A stretch of 63,983 nt of DNA, filler included, from Lama guanicoe (GCA_013239625.1; 93 parts of 93 records of this genome joined end to end with filler, not necessarily neighbours in it), one strand, 5' to 3'; counted from the first letter of the whole stretch, positions 10,511-24,109 are shown. The notes: generated by a model from the letters alone, not told the origin. Made by a program: numbers and translations.

Positions 10511-13339
10511 AGTGTTTAACAGGTGATGGTGACTTCAGCTGAGAAAATTAGCTACATGTGAAACAGCTTTAAAACCAAAAACTACATAAAAAGATAAAAC
10601 GATTATTTTTAAGAGTATGGTAGACAGCCAGTCAATACAGGCCAGAGAGGAAAGATATCGGCGTCTTCTGGGGAGGACCCTGCAGGTGAAGAAGAGGGCT
10701 GATGGCATTCCTGGGTGTGGAAAGAAAGCTTTGGTTGTTTGACAAAACACTGCACGGATGCGGGTTTGCATGTCATAAATGGAGNNNNNNNNNNNNNNNN
10801 NNNNNNNNNNNNNNNNNNNNNNNNNNNNTTAATTAATTAANNNNNNNNNNNNNNNNNNNNNNNNNNNNNNNNNNNNNNNNNNNNTCTGAAATAACATACT
10901 GCATGGAAAACACGACTGATATTCTAGAATATCCGAACACTCAATTCTGATGTTGCCATTTTATGGAAATCAGATAATCAAGAAAGGATTAAAAATCAAA
11001 GGACATGAGTTAGATACAGGGGCACTTTCCTGAGAGCATATTAATGAATTTTATTGCTGACATCTCTTTTGCTTAAGGCCCTTTTCTTATTCACTTTCTG
11101 GCTCTCAACTGTACTTTAGTGAGTGACTATGTCATAAAATTGATGAATGGTAAGTGAACTTTGACTATTACACGAGAACTGAAAGTACTTGTGTAAGTGT
11201 GATGTTGTGAATGTTTCCTATTTTTCTAAGTTTAAGTTCAGATATAGGCAAAGCCAAGAGCTGGGAAGCAGAGTTTTTAGTTTACAGATAGAGATAGTTA
11301 TGAGTCATTACCTTCTATTCTATCCTCACACCAGGAGGTAAGGCAAATGTAGCTTCAGTTTGATTACGGAATATAATCTCACAGGCAACGTGATTTTCTT
11401 TACCTGCTGTTTCCTTCCACCTCTTTCGCCATTGAAATGTTCTCAGTCTCCCGGAACTGATTATACAACCAGCCCTAAAAGGGCTGAATATCTTATTTAA
11501 ANNNNNNNNNNNNNNNNNNNNNNNNNNNNNNNNNNNNNNNNNNNNTTAATTAATTAANNNNNNNNNNNNNNNNNNNNNNNNNNNNNNNNNNNNNNNNNNN
11601 NGGGAAGGCATTCAGTAAAAGTAGAAAATGTGGACAATTTTGAGGCTTTTTTCTGCATAAGGGAATAGAGACATGGAGCAGAGCTGGAAATGGTATGGCG
11701 GGTTATGAGATCTTTCACTGTTTAAGATGAGATTAATGACATGTTTAAATAAATGTTTAAAATGAGATTAATGAGATAATGTGCTTGAATGTTGATGGGA
11801 ATGAGGGAGGACAAGGGGAAAACTGAAGATTTCTAAAAGAATTTCCCCAGTGACTTGGAGTAACATGGAGGGAACTGTATCTAACACACGAGTTGAGGCA
11901 TTGCCTTGGCTAAGATCTTGGGCATTTACACCTCAGCCGAAGGAGGGAAGTGTCAAGTGTAGATGCGCAGATCAACGGATGGGTAGGTGATGTTGGAAGG
12001 GCTTACGGACTCATGGAAGTTCTCTTCTGATCGCACAAAGCAAGGGCATCAGTTGAGAGGGAGGCTGAGAGAGGAGGTCTCAGGAGTTCANNNNNNNNNN
12101 NNNNNNNNNNNNNNNNNNNNNNNNNNNNNNNNNNTTAATTAATTAANNNNNNNNNNNNNNNNNNNNNNNNNNNNNNNNNNNNNNNNNNNNGAGTGGCAAT
12201 AAATAATCTCTCCAGCACAAGTAAGGTTTATGGGTTTAAGTATCTCTACTTAGAGCTTCATCTATTTAAATAGATAAATTGAGAAATCAGGAGTATCACT
12301 TAGCAAAGGTATGATTAATATAAATATATATTTATATGATTAAGGTTATATGTCATATATTACATATTAGTATGTTTATATTACTGTAAATAATAGTGTC
12401 TAGCATCATAATGTGCAAAAGCACCTTTTAGACTAAGCATATGACATAATCTTTTGCTTTGAAGATATTACCTTACAAGCACTGAGTTCCAAGTTTTAAA
12501 AATAGGGCAGAAATGGTTTAATTAAGAGAAATAAGATTAAACTGTGTGATATGAACCACAGTGTGAAAAGATTATTAAAATGGGAGATTTGGAAATATCC
12601 TGATACATCATACAGGATTAGAAAGTTATTAGGACTTGGTCATGTAGCATTCTCCAAGAGTGAAACATTAGAGTTGAAAAATTTTTTAAAAGTTCTTTAA
12701 CTCTAAGGGACATTTTCTTTTTTTTCTTTTTTTTTTTTTTTTAAAACTTANNNNNNNNNNNNNNNNNNNNNNNNNNNNNNNNNNNNNNNNNNNNTTAATT
12801 AATTAANNNNNNNNNNNNNNNNNNNNNNNNNNNNNNNNNNNNNNNNNNNNGGGAGTGTATTCTCCGAGAAACCTGGAAGAGGTGCACTTAGGGAACAGAC
12901 ACCAGCCCAAGGGCGGTTTTTAATTTAGAGTAGGGACAATCACTAGACTGAGGAATACCTACATTCTGGGACATTGTTCAATAAGTGAATTTTGGGGAGG
13001 AAGGTAGGCAGAATTGTGAGGGCAATTCTTAAAGGGACAGAAAATGGGAAAGTGGCTCATGGACAAGGAAATCTCATTTGAAGGTTGTGACAATGTCCTA
13101 GTGGTAATTAGATGGACATGTGGCTAGTGGTGATTCAGTGGATGTCTAGGGTCGGTAATCAGACCTGAATGAGAGCCTGTGTCTTGGAGGGCGATCAGCA
13201 ATTGAAGTTGTGAAGAAATAACAGAGCACCCCCACCATAACAGAGCTGAACTGCACTTCATTGAAGAAAGTTCTGCATTGTTAGAGGGGATGAGAGACCC
13301 TCTCTGGCACCACTTTTCACCCCTGTGATTCATGCTTAC

Positions 13340-13354
13340 TTTTTGCAGGGGCGT
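13340..13354 (-). other. Candidate 15-nt microexon
   Basis: Minus strand reads ...cttaatctgtgtatttatgtttatttattttcag|ACGCCCCTGCAAAAA|gtaagc. Confidence 0.45.
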
Positions 13355-14499
13355 CTGAAAATAAATAAACATAAATACACAGATTAAGTTACATTTCTAG
13401 CGTTTTTCATGTGCATTAAATGTAAGAAGTATACCATTATTTGATACATCTTTTATTCATAAGTTGTACTGGAAAACTTTGAAGAAATTCATTATTTCTC
13501 TCCTCAAAGTGATGAAGTACTCTTACAAGTACACAATGAGTGTAGGTTTCAACATATTTCACATTGGTTAGAAGGCTCCCTTAATGGCTTTTCCCAATTT
13601 ACTTTATCTTTTGTCTTTATAGGCTATCAATGTATTCTGTNNNNNNNNNNNNNNNNNNNNNNNNNNNNNNNNNNNNNNNNNNNNTTAATTAATTAANNNN
13701 NNNNNNNNNNNNNNNNNNNNNNNNNNNNNNNNNNNNNNNNAGCATTAATTCAGAATCTCTACCACCAGTGCAAGAAATGCAGATAAGATTTATGTTTCAT
13801 TGATAGCAGAACTAAAACAATTTGAGTCTACGATCCTGTGGCTGTTAACAGCAGAAATACTGAGAAGTAAAGACTGAGGAACAAAAGGGAAAAAGAGGAA
13901 AGGATACAAGGCTGGGTTTTAGGAAGCTATAAATGAGGGCAACAGTATAAAAGCTGATTGCTTCGTTGTACTTGTGAGTAACTCTCTGCTGCCTGCCCAT
14001 ATCAAGTTCCTTCAGCTGGCATGACTACCCATTTGGAATAAAGAGAGTTAGTGTATTACTAAGTTGTCCCGGATCTGTTTGTTCCCACTCAGTGATGGGT
14101 GAAGTTTGAATCAGCATGTACCTAGGATTATCATCATCTTAAAACTGAATGGGGGAAAGGAAAACATTAACATATTAAATTAAAGTATTATTTTGTAAAA
14201 GATGTTGGGAAAAGGTTATGTCTGCACGAAGAGTACTCTGCCTGGGAAACTAAGTAAAACCTCATAAATNNNNNNNNNNNNNNNNNNNNNNNNNNNNNNN
14301 NNNNNNNNNNNNNTTAATTAATTAANNNNNNNNNNNNNNNNNNNNNNNNNNNNNNNNNNNNNNNNNNNNTCAATTTGAGTTCCATGGAAAGATACCTTCA
14401 CAAAAGGCCTCAGTGATTTAGAGAAAAGGAGAAAAAACTGCTTTGAGTTAAAAAGCAAATATTCTAACTTACGCTAATAGTGAAACCTCATTTTCATGT

Positions 14500-15155
14500 A
14501 AAAGAATGAAATTAAAACATTTCCTAACACCATAATACAAAAATAAATTCAAACTGGATTAGAGACCTAAATGTAAGACCAGATACTATAAAACACCTAG
14601 AGGAAAACATAGGCAGAACACTCTTTGACGTAAATCACAGCAATATTTTTTGAATCTGTCTCCTAGTAATGAAAACAAAAGCAAAAATAAACAAATGGAA
14701 CCTAATTAAACTTAAATGCTTTTGTATAGCAAAGGGAAACAAACAAAGCAAAAAGACAACCTACAGAATGGGAGAAAATATTTGCAAATGATACTACTCA
14801 CAAGGGATCAATGTTCAAAATATACAAACAGCCTATACAGCTCAATATCAAAAAAGAAACAACTAATTCAAAAAATGAACAGAAGACCTAAATAGACATT
14901 TCCTCAAAGAAGACATACAGATGACCAGCAGGCACATGAAAAATGCTCAATATTGCTAATTATTAGAGAAATGCAAATCAGAACTACATTAAGGTATCAC
15001 CTCACACAAGTACGAATGGCCATCATTAAAAAAAAATCTACAAATAATAAATGCTTGAGAAGCTGTGGAGAAAAGTGAACCCTCCTACACTGTTGGTACA
15101 AGTAAGTTAGCACAGCCACTATGTAAAGCAGTATGGAAGTTTCTTAAAAAAAAAA
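14500..15155 (+). mobile_element. LINE-1 ORF2 3' fragment, decayed
   Basis: GGATTAGAGACCTAAATGTAAGACCAGATACTATAAAACACCTAGAGGAAAACATAGGC...GAATGGGAGAAAATATTTGCAAATGAT. Confidence 0.93.
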
Positions 15156-15339
15156 NNNNNNNNNNNNNNNNNNNNNNNNNNNNNNNNNNNNNNNNNNNNT
15201 TAATTAATTAANNNNNNNNNNNNNNNNNNNNNNNNNNNNNNNNNNNNNNNNNNNNGAAGTTATATTTAATATACTGTATACAAAATAACTTTCATGAAAT
15301 TTTTCTCTTGTTTTTTTCTTTTTCTTTTTTTCTCTTTTT

Positions 15340-15988
15340 AAAAATGAATAAACTTATATTTTAGAGTCTTAGATTCACAGTAAAATTGAGAGGAGGGAGC
15401 AAAAAGTTCCCATACACCCCCATTCCTACATATATACAAATGTCCTCCACTGTCAACATCGCTCACTACACCGGTACTGTGTTACTATTGATAAATATAT
15501 GATTGATACATCATCCAAAGTCCTTAGTTTATGTTAGGGTTCACTCATGGTTTTGATTATTTTATGAGAGTTGACAAATGGATAATAACATGTCTCATTG
15601 ATGTAGCATCATCTATATTTGTCTCACTGCCTAAAAATTCTCCATGTTCATTCTTCCTTCCTTTTCTCTAATCCTGATATTACTAGTCTTTTTACTGTCT
15701 TCACAGTTTTGTCTTTCCAAGAAAGTTATATAGTTAGATCATACAGTGCAGTCTCTTCAGATTGGCTTCTTTTGCTTAGTAACCACATTTAAGTTACCTC
15801 CATGCCTTTTCATGGCTTGTCAGCTCATATTTTTAGTGCTGAACAATATCCCATTGTCTGGATGGACCATAGTTTATTTATCCATTCACCTACTGAAGAG
15901 CATCTTGGTTGGTTTCGTGTTTTGGCAATTATGATGAAACTTCCAAATACAGGCTTTTGTATGGGCATACATTTTCAATTCCTTTGGG
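15340..15988 (-). mobile_element. L1MC-like 3' end
   Basis: AGATTCACAGTAAAATTGAG...CCAAAGTCC.TAGTTTA..TTAGGGTTCACTC...TGGATGGACCATAGTTTATTTATCCATTCACCTACTGAAG. Confidence 0.85.
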
Positions 15989-18900
15989 NNNNNNNNNNNN
16001 NNNNNNNNNNNNNNNNNNNNNNNNNNNNNNNNTTAATTAATTAANNNNNNNNNNNNNNNNNNNNNNNNNNNNNNNNNNNNNNNNNNNNGCAGAAGATCCA
16101 TAGCTCATTTCATAGGAACTATGTCCACCCACAGAACTACCAACTGTGTGATCTAAAAAGCATTGCTTCTTGCTTTTTTTTTGGTCAGTTGTAATAGAGA
16201 ATTATGACAAAATGCTCATCCATGCAGTGCTCTATCAGGGAGAAACACAAGGTTGCTATCTACAGTTGCCTCAGTTCTAATTGTAACTCCATCCCATTCT
16301 CTCTCTCTCAAGAGAGCAAATTCCAAGTGTCAGAGTGAGTGATGTTACCCACGATATAAAGTTGAATTCACTCTAATTCATTATTTAAAAAGAGAATCCT
16401 TTGCAATTTTAAAAATTAGATTTTAGTTAAAGAAAAATCACACATGAAACATCTCACAACTGAGTCAGATTTCCCCTACTAAAATAAAAATGCTAAAAAA
16501 AACCAAAACCAGGCATTATATCTGTTTTTTCTCTTCTTTAAATTTCACAAGTGCATATGCAATGCCTGGGCACAGTACCTTAAACATAGTGGATGCATAG
16601 CATATATTTTAAAGAAATTATTGGGCCTATTTATTCCTGATTGTGTGAGTGGAGTAGTTAACTGTGTGTGTGTGTATGGCGGGGAGCGTGATATTACAAG
16701 GTAAGAAGACANNNNNNNNNNNNNNNNNNNNNNNNNNNNNNNNNNNNNNNNNNNNTTAATTAATTAANNNNNNNNNNNNNNNNNNNNNNNNNNNNNNNNN
16801 NNNNNNNNNNNCTTGGTTTGGTTAATGATTCCTATACCTGTGCTCTCCGTAGATTAAAACTTGGGACGGGAGGACAGTGGAATTGTCACACGTGATTTCT
16901 AACCCTCAGATACGGTCAGATCAGAACTGAATATTATCTTCACTTTATTCATTTACATATGTTTTTCTTCTAGGCTTCTAATGAGGAAACATTTACTGAA
17001 GAAAAAGATGGCTTTTTTTAAGAGAAAAATTTCAGAATTGGTTCATATGTAGTTTAATTTCTCAGGAGGTGTGGTGGTGGTTTGATGGCAAAGGAGAAGG
17101 AATACAAGCCTATGCTTGCTTTAAAAAGTGGAAAAGTGACTTGACTCATGAAATGCAGAAAGTCTCTGCACAGTGCTGAGGCCCCACCTGAAATGTTTTG
17201 TCTTACATTTAAAGTGAAACCAGTTAAGAAGTTGATATAAATCTTGCCAGTAATTATACGACACATCCCTCCTTCCCCTTCCTCTTTTTTGAAGCTATAA
17301 CCTCTCTTCTGAATNNNNNNNNNNNNNNNNNNNNNNNNNNNNNNNNNNNNNNNNNNNNTTAATTAATTAANNNNNNNNNNNNNNNNNNNNNNNNNNNNNN
17401 NNNNNNNNNNNNNNATCTTGTAAAAATTTTTTTGAAGAAGTGTTGGGCTGTCTCAGCTGAGATGATTAAACAGCTTACTCCTCTGAACAGCCTTAGTCCA
17501 GTTCCCTATGTCCCGAACCACTGGATTTTTATCAATCTTGGCATCTATAAAATACTTGGAGAAGACAGTATGCTTTTCATAACTTTAAGAATTCCTATTC
17601 CTGTGATGTGTACACACACACACATTAATTTGGCAAATACGTACTGAGAATCTGGGTGAGCAGATGACTCTAAGCCTGGCCCCGGACCACATATGGTGAA
17701 CCTGCTGACATGATAGATGTGGTTACCCTGTGAAGTATCCTAGGAGCCAGGATGCTGGGTTCCCTATAATGCTTAGGGCCCAGCCTTACTGATGCAAGGT
17801 ACCTGGGAGGTTCCTTATCTTATTTAACTGTCTACATTAGTCATGCTTATTTTAATTATAACAGGTGTCATTATTACACAAAACTCAAGGTACAAGTAAT
17901 GGCATTTAAAAAAAATAGTTCCCTTAGTTTAGGTAGGAATTGGCTTGCTCCCCACCTCTTCCTTCCTGACGTTGTCAAGAAAACAAAAACCAAAACCTTC
18001 TGTAGAACAATGTATCTGTAGAAGAGACTGGGGGGATGAGGGGAGGGGTTTAGTAATCCACTTTACACGACTAAGAGTAAAGGTCCCTGTTTGCAGTTGC
18101 TGTCACCACCATACAAGGCCACTGCCACTCTCTGACTTTCCCCTCAGCTGTTTCAGCTCTGCTCCACCTCATCGACAAAGCTCGTGAGGCCCTGCAGAGG
18201 AAGGCGAGTTTCCATGAAAGAGATTCTCTTTCCTTTTGCCCAGGCTCCCAAGCCTCAGGCCCAGTCCTTGGAGAACCCACCCACCCACTGGCCACTTTAG
18301 CCTCAGGNNNNNNNNNNNNNNNNNNNNNNNNNNNNNNNNNNNNNNNNNNNNTTAATTAATTAANNNNNNNNNNNNNNNNNNNNNNNNNNNNNNNNNNNNN
18401 NNNNNNNATAAAGATTATGTAAGAGGCCACAGATCATAAGCTGCTCTCGACTGACATCGCCCAATCAGCGCAGCACAGCGTAATCGCTCCGGTGTTTCTA
18501 GAATGATGCTTTTTTTAAGTCTCTTCTATGCTGCATTTCAAAAAGTGATGCCTAATGACAGAAGGCAGCATTAAAAAGACATTTTTTTCTCTATTCATTC
18601 TGTAGTACTGAACCAGTATTTTTACCATCATAAGCTACAATGTTCACTTTATTCACTTTACTAAGCTCTGCCATCTCTCTGAATTCAACATCATTCTGTA
18701 CAGAAGTCCGCACATCATCACAGAATCTTACATACATACAGAGCCTCTGACACGCAGACCCTGTCCCTGAATGTCTGTGCCAGGGCTATACTTACAGCCT
18801 CATGACACTGACGCAGAACTTGAAGGGTAAGTGGTGGATAATCTGTGAAGACCGTATGAACTTNNNNNNNNNNNNNNNNNNNNNNNNNNNNNNNNNNNNN

Positions 18901-19736
18901 NNNNNNNTTAATTAATTAANNNNNNNNNNNNNNNNNNNNNNNNNNNNNNNNNNNNNNNNNNNNATTGTCTTTGATTTTATAAATATAATACATGTATAAT
19001 CATATGAATATGAATATAGTATATAAATGTTTATGTGATATGTTTTTATGCAGCACTGATATTTTTACTTCAATATGAGAAGCTTATTAATTTCAGTGAT
19101 ACATAACAATTACTATTGACTTCCCTTTTTAAGTGATAATTTCAGAAGCCTATCTGTAAATATCTGAGAGAAAAGTCCTAGGCCATTACTTAAATTGCTG
19201 ATGAAAAAGAAGTGACTATCAAGATGCGAGAAGCAGACAAGGTGATGGGGATCATGTTTTTTATTTCTTCCCCCGGTAAACTTTCCTTGGGAAAAGAAAA
19301 ACTAAATTGACAATGACTCAACACATGCAGCTCATTAATAGATTTACCGTTTTCAAATAATTGTGTTACTCAATGGAATATCAGCGTCCTAGGCTGGCAT
19401 AATCCAAAATAACCCTCCAGCTTCTAGGTAATCAGAAATCCTACAACTTAGATCGCCATTCCTTTTAATCACCTAACTTAATCACCTTATGGAGTAGAAC
19501 AGAGAAATGCATGCTACAGTGTAAAGGACAAATGCTTTAGGGTCGCTACTTGCGACCTTAGAAGATAACTTTACCTCTCTAAATCTCTTTTTTTTGTATG
19601 TATATAGGGATGATACAAACAGTTAATTCACTCTATNNNNNNNNNNNNNNNNNNNNNNNNNNNNNNNNNNNNNNNNNNNNTTAATTAATTAANNNNNNNN
19701 NNNNNNNNNNNNNNNNNNNNNNNNNNNNNNNNNNNN

Positions 19737-20140
19737 ATTTAAGTTACTTAGAAATGGCCAAAGCAAGAGGGACACTCTGACCCCCACTCTATCTCCCTAA
19801 AAGCAGGAAATAAGTCTGTCACGTGAAAGGTTCAGAGGTGCTTATAAACATAACTTGTAGCTTCTTTAATTTACCACCCCAAGCCCAAACTATGTTCAGA
19901 TTCTTCACTGAATTCCCAAAAGCTGCATTTCTTTATGCTGTCAGTTCCTAACAAATTTAGTTTTCTAGATGTATAAGCTCTCCCTGTTTTAACTACTTCT
20001 TACTTCTCAATTCTATGAGACTTTTGTGTGTAGGAATTAAAATTTCTTTTTCTCCTGTGGCTCTGTCTTGTGTTAGTTTTATTAGTAGTTCAGCCACAAG
20101 AAGTCAAGAGGGAGAGAGAGTGAAATTTCCTCCTCCCCAA
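19737..20140 (+). mobile_element. ERV1-class LTR (MER34/MER39-like)
   Basis: Has a TATAAG, then ATTAAAATTTCTTTTTCTCCTGT..CTCTGTCTTGTGTTAGTTT and a ...GAAATTTCCTCCTCCCCAA terminus. Confidence 0.6.
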
Positions 20141-20164
20141 TGGTATACACTCCTAATTATAAAG

Positions 20165-20506
20165 ATTTCTATGTGGAAATGTCTGTATTCATATTAAGCA
20201 GAAGACGGGTTTATACTGATGCCTCCAACTTGATCCATTATCATATGGACAGTGTACATCTCGCCCCCTGCTTATCTGTAACTCCCAGTCAGGCAGTAGA
20301 ATCCTGTTCCCACCATCTTCCATCCATTCAATTCATTTCTTATTCTACTCCAGACAAGTGGTTTCAGCATTCTTAGCTCCTGCCCCTGTGGGATGGATCT
20401 GACAGATCCCACTGTTTACGTGCAGTATGCTTTCCCTGTAGTCTACACGTTCAATTCATTCCTGCAGTTACTGAGGCTGGCACCTTTTGCTCCACCAGCA
20501 TCAGTG
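20165..20506 (-). mobile_element. L1MD/L1MC3-like 3' UTR fragment
   Basis: GGTTTATACTGATGCCTCCAACT...CCCCCTGCTTATCTGTAACTCCCA...CCCACCATCTTCCATCCATT. Confidence 0.6.
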
Positions 20507-21513
20507 NNNNNNNNNNNNNNNNNNNNNNNNNNNNNNNNNNNNNNNNNNNNTTAATTAATTAANNNNNNNNNNNNNNNNNNNNNNNNNNNNNNNNNNNNNN
20601 NNNNNNCTTCAAGCGGGAGGGAAAGCATGTGAGAAGAGAGAGTGAACAACACATGGATTCTCCATGAGCCCCCTTGTCCCTTCAAGAAAGCAAAAAAATT
20701 TCTGCACATGTCAAGAAGAAGGCAGCCAACTTGAAGTATCTTCACAGCTAGGGCTTGGCCCTCCTGGAACGTAGGCAGTGGTCATGCTCTTCTGTAGTAA
20801 TGCTTGGTTAAAAAATAGTACTAAAATCTGACCTAACTATGATCATGGTGATGCCGGTGGCATGAAGGTGGTCTCGCTCTTCCTCCAAAGCAAAGCCAAC
20901 AAAGCAGAATCATTGGCAAGAGATTTCTCCAAGAACAATGAGGTTTAGACAAATCAATATAATGTCAAAAGCTTTGATAACAAGGATAAAGAGTAGATTT
21001 TTAATAGTTTGATTGTAGGTCCCTACTGTCTGATTTTCAATTGAAAAATGTAAGTAACTGAAACATCACTGGGAATCAAATATCAAAGAATATATTATGA
21101 CGTGTTTCCCTAAATAACATAACATTCGTCAATGGGAGATATAGAAATGATGGAATATTCTATGCTCAGAATAGAAAGAAGCTNNNNNNNNNNNNNNNNN
21201 NNNNNNNNNNNNNNNNNNNNNNNNNNNTTAATTAATTAANNNNNNNNNNNNNNNNNNNNNNNNNNNNNNNNNNNNNNNNNNNNTCATTAGTAGATACACT
21301 TAATTTGCTTGATTGAATTTCAGCAGCTTTTACACTTTTGTTTTGGCCTTCAGTTGGATAAAGACCAAGGGCTTTTATTGATATTCACTCTTGTTTACCA
21401 GACAACATGCTTCTTAGGATTAGTAATATTTAAAAGCAAATTGAGACAAATTTGCATATATACATGCTGGTTGGTGATCTCTCTTAATGATCTTCAAAAG
21501 TCATCTTTATCAG

Positions 21514-21716
21514 CTATTCCTTGAGAGACAGAGCAGCCCAGTTGGCAGAAAGTAAAACAGATGAGTTGATCAGAGATGCTCCCACCACTCAGCATGATAA
21601 GAGTGGAGAGAGGCAAGAAACAAGTGGAAAAATATGGTGGGTGTCAACTGAGAAGACGGATGGTACAGAAGAGAAACAGTAGGAGGAGAAAAATGATGAA
21701 CTTGACCTCAATACAG
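21514..21716 (+). other. Coding-like E/K/D-rich stretch (candidate exon or decayed gene copy), unidentified
   Basis: Acceptor-like tctttatcag, then 55 open codons [30 protein letters not shown]...EEKQ. TAG at 21680 is followed by EEKNDELDLNT and a weak gt. Confidence 0.3.
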
Positions 21717-21933
21717 GTGTCTTTATTTTGATGTATTCAAATTAAATATGTGTTCTTTTTCCTCCATAACATGTTTAATTCATATATTGTTATAATGTTG
21801 CTATGTTTATGGCCTCTCTAGTGCAGTGCAGACNNNNNNNNNNNNNNNNNNNNNNNNNNNNNNNNNNNNNNNNNNNNTTAATTAATTAANNNNNNNNNNN
21901 NNNNNNNNNNNNNNNNNNNNNNNNNNNNNNNNN

Positions 21934-22483
21934 CCCACTCCAGGGAGGGAGTGGTTCGAGTCACATATTGGGCACCCAAGTCCTGGGGTCCCATCTGATG
22001 GATACAAGCTTCTTTGGCTGGTTTAGGGACATTGACACTAACAGAAATGCTATGGGAACCTTGGATTACACTCATGAGAAGCACCTGTGCCCCTGCTTGC
22101 TCCTGAGGCAGGGAGGTGAGGGGTGTGCGCCAAAGGTGGCCGTGTTTCTCACAGCCACCTCATTGCACACCCCAGCCTGAGCCAAGCAAACATTCTGGTC
22201 CCACTCACTCCACATCACTGTGTGGCGCTGGGTCTGTAGTAGCCACACCTGGATAAAAGACTTGATCTTGGGATGCAGAGGTGACCTGATTTTAGGGTGG
22301 ATCCTGGATGGAGTGGCAGTGGCCATTTTTGATGCATCACAATCAGCTCAGATCTCTGCTGGAGGCTGCTCCACCACAGCTCACCCTCAGTGAGGACCAA
22401 GAGACCCCACAGGCTTTGCTTCCTCGACAGAGCGCTTTCATAACATGACAGTCTGACAGAGGTTGGGGGCAGTGACTGGTTAT
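21934..22483 (+). mobile_element. Probable LINE-1 5' UTR fragment (laurasiatherian type)
   Basis: The reverse complement contains GACCCCAGGACTTGGGTGCCCAATATGTGACTCGAACCACTCCCTCCC, which resembles L1 5' UTR sequence. Confidence 0.5.
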
Positions 22484-22583
22484 NNNNNNNNNNNNNNNNN
22501 NNNNNNNNNNNNNNNNNNNNNNNNNNNTTAATTAATTAANNNNNNNNNNNNNNNNNNNNNNNNNNNNNNNNNNNNNNNNNNNN

Positions 22584-22903
22584 ATGAAGATCAAGGTTAT
22601 GATGCCCATTGAGCACAAGTATTCCATGTGGACTTACAGCTCCATCCTGGCCTCTCTATCCACCTTCAAGCAGATGTGGATCAGCAAGTAGGAGCAGTCT
22701 GGCCTCTCTATGGTCCACAGCAAATGTTTCCAGGCAGATGGTTAGACGCATTAAACCCTGTCTTGACAAAACCTATCTTAGGCAGAAAATGAGATGAGAT
22801 TGGCATGGCTTGATTTGGTTTTTGTTTGTTTTATTCTATTCTATTCTGTTCTATCCTATTCTATTCATTTTTGGTGCTTGACTCAGGATTTAAAAATTGG
22901 AAT
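22584..22903 (+). pseudogene. ACTB: Processed beta-actin pseudogene fragment (3' CDS plus 3' UTR)
   Basis: Translates as [35 protein letters not shown], versus actin [36 protein letters not shown]. Premature TAG at 22689 and a 6-bp deletion. ACTB-type 3' UTR (CTTGACAAAACCTA...GATGAGATTGGCATGGCTT...TTGACTCAGGATTTAAAAA). No intron at the MKIK^IIAP junction. Confidence 0.93.
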
Positions 22904-23532
22904 GAAAGTTCCTTTTAAGACATGGAGACCTGCAGAGGGCATCCACTCCACCCATGAGTGCTCTTAGGTCTGTAGGTGCTGGCATCGGCTTCTTATAGCT
23001 CAGTAAACATTATTTAATTACTACAAAAACATACCTAATTTTAATTCATCACCTAATCAAATACATAGAGTGCATTTTCTTTCTAAAATGATCCATTATT
23101 TTAAAATATTACATACTAAACTCCATCATGTTTTAATGTATGCTTCTGAAGTAGATTCTCTAAGTGCCATGGCTGACTGAGCATGACTTGATCTTTGTCC
23201 TACTGAAATCTTACGGGCAGAAAAATAGAATAGAAATATCTTATTCTGCAATGCCACACAGAATTCCCTCCAGGCTGCCTTGCATTTTGTTTTATATTCT
23301 ATGACTCCTAATATTGCCTTTTAAAAATGTTTCTGCTCATTATCAGATAAGACAAGTTAGTTACCAAAATTTGGAACTGGCACGAAACTATCAACATATT
23401 TGCTTATTATATGTAGTCTTATAAATATTCATNNNNNNNNNNNNNNNNNNNNNNNNNNNNNNNNNNNNNNNNNNNNTTAATTAATTAANNNNNNNNNNNN
23501 NNNNNNNNNNNNNNNNNNNNNNNNNNNNNNNN

Positions 23533-23965
23533 CACCTTTCTAGTCTCATTACCCATCAGCTTTCCTCATGTCTCTACTGCATTAAAAACATACAAGTGTG
23601 TTATCATTCAGAAATATTAAAATGCTTTCCATAAATACTCCAATTTATTGCACATCTTGGATATTTTCTGATCTCTACCTTTGCCTTGTCTTCTTGGTGA
23701 ATTTTTAAAATATTTTTTATGCACTCAGCTTAGTGTTACTTTCTCCCTGAGGCATTCTCTGACCCAACATATAATGACTATTCACTCCTTCTTCTGTGTT
23801 ATTACTGTATTACTGGAAAAGTAATTTTGTATTAATTACTTACATACAATTTACTTTCCTGGTCATTTTATTTCTATACTGCAATTTTCTTGGGTAGAGA
23901 AAGCATTTTATTTATCTTTGCAAACCTTGTGACTGGCACATAGAAGCTACTTATTGTATGTTGAA
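23533..23965 (+). mobile_element. L2 LINE 3' end, highly decayed
   Basis: TTTATTTATCTTTG...GACTGGCACATAGAAGCTACTTA..GTATGTTGAA resembles the L2 terminus. Confidence 0.5.
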
Positions 23966-24109
23966 ATGGGTCCTAGANNNNNNNNNNNNNNNNNNNNNNN
24001 NNNNNNNNNNNNNNNNNNNNNTTAATTAATTAANNNNNNNNNNNNNNNNNNNNNNNNNNNNNNNNNNNNNNNNNNNNGTAATAAGGGCTTCATTTATTGT
24101 ATTTATTTA

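Noticed and set aside
22609..22797. 62-aa ORF over the actin-like region
   Set aside because: It is in the wrong frame. The actin-homologous frame starts at 22584 and is broken by TAG at 22689.
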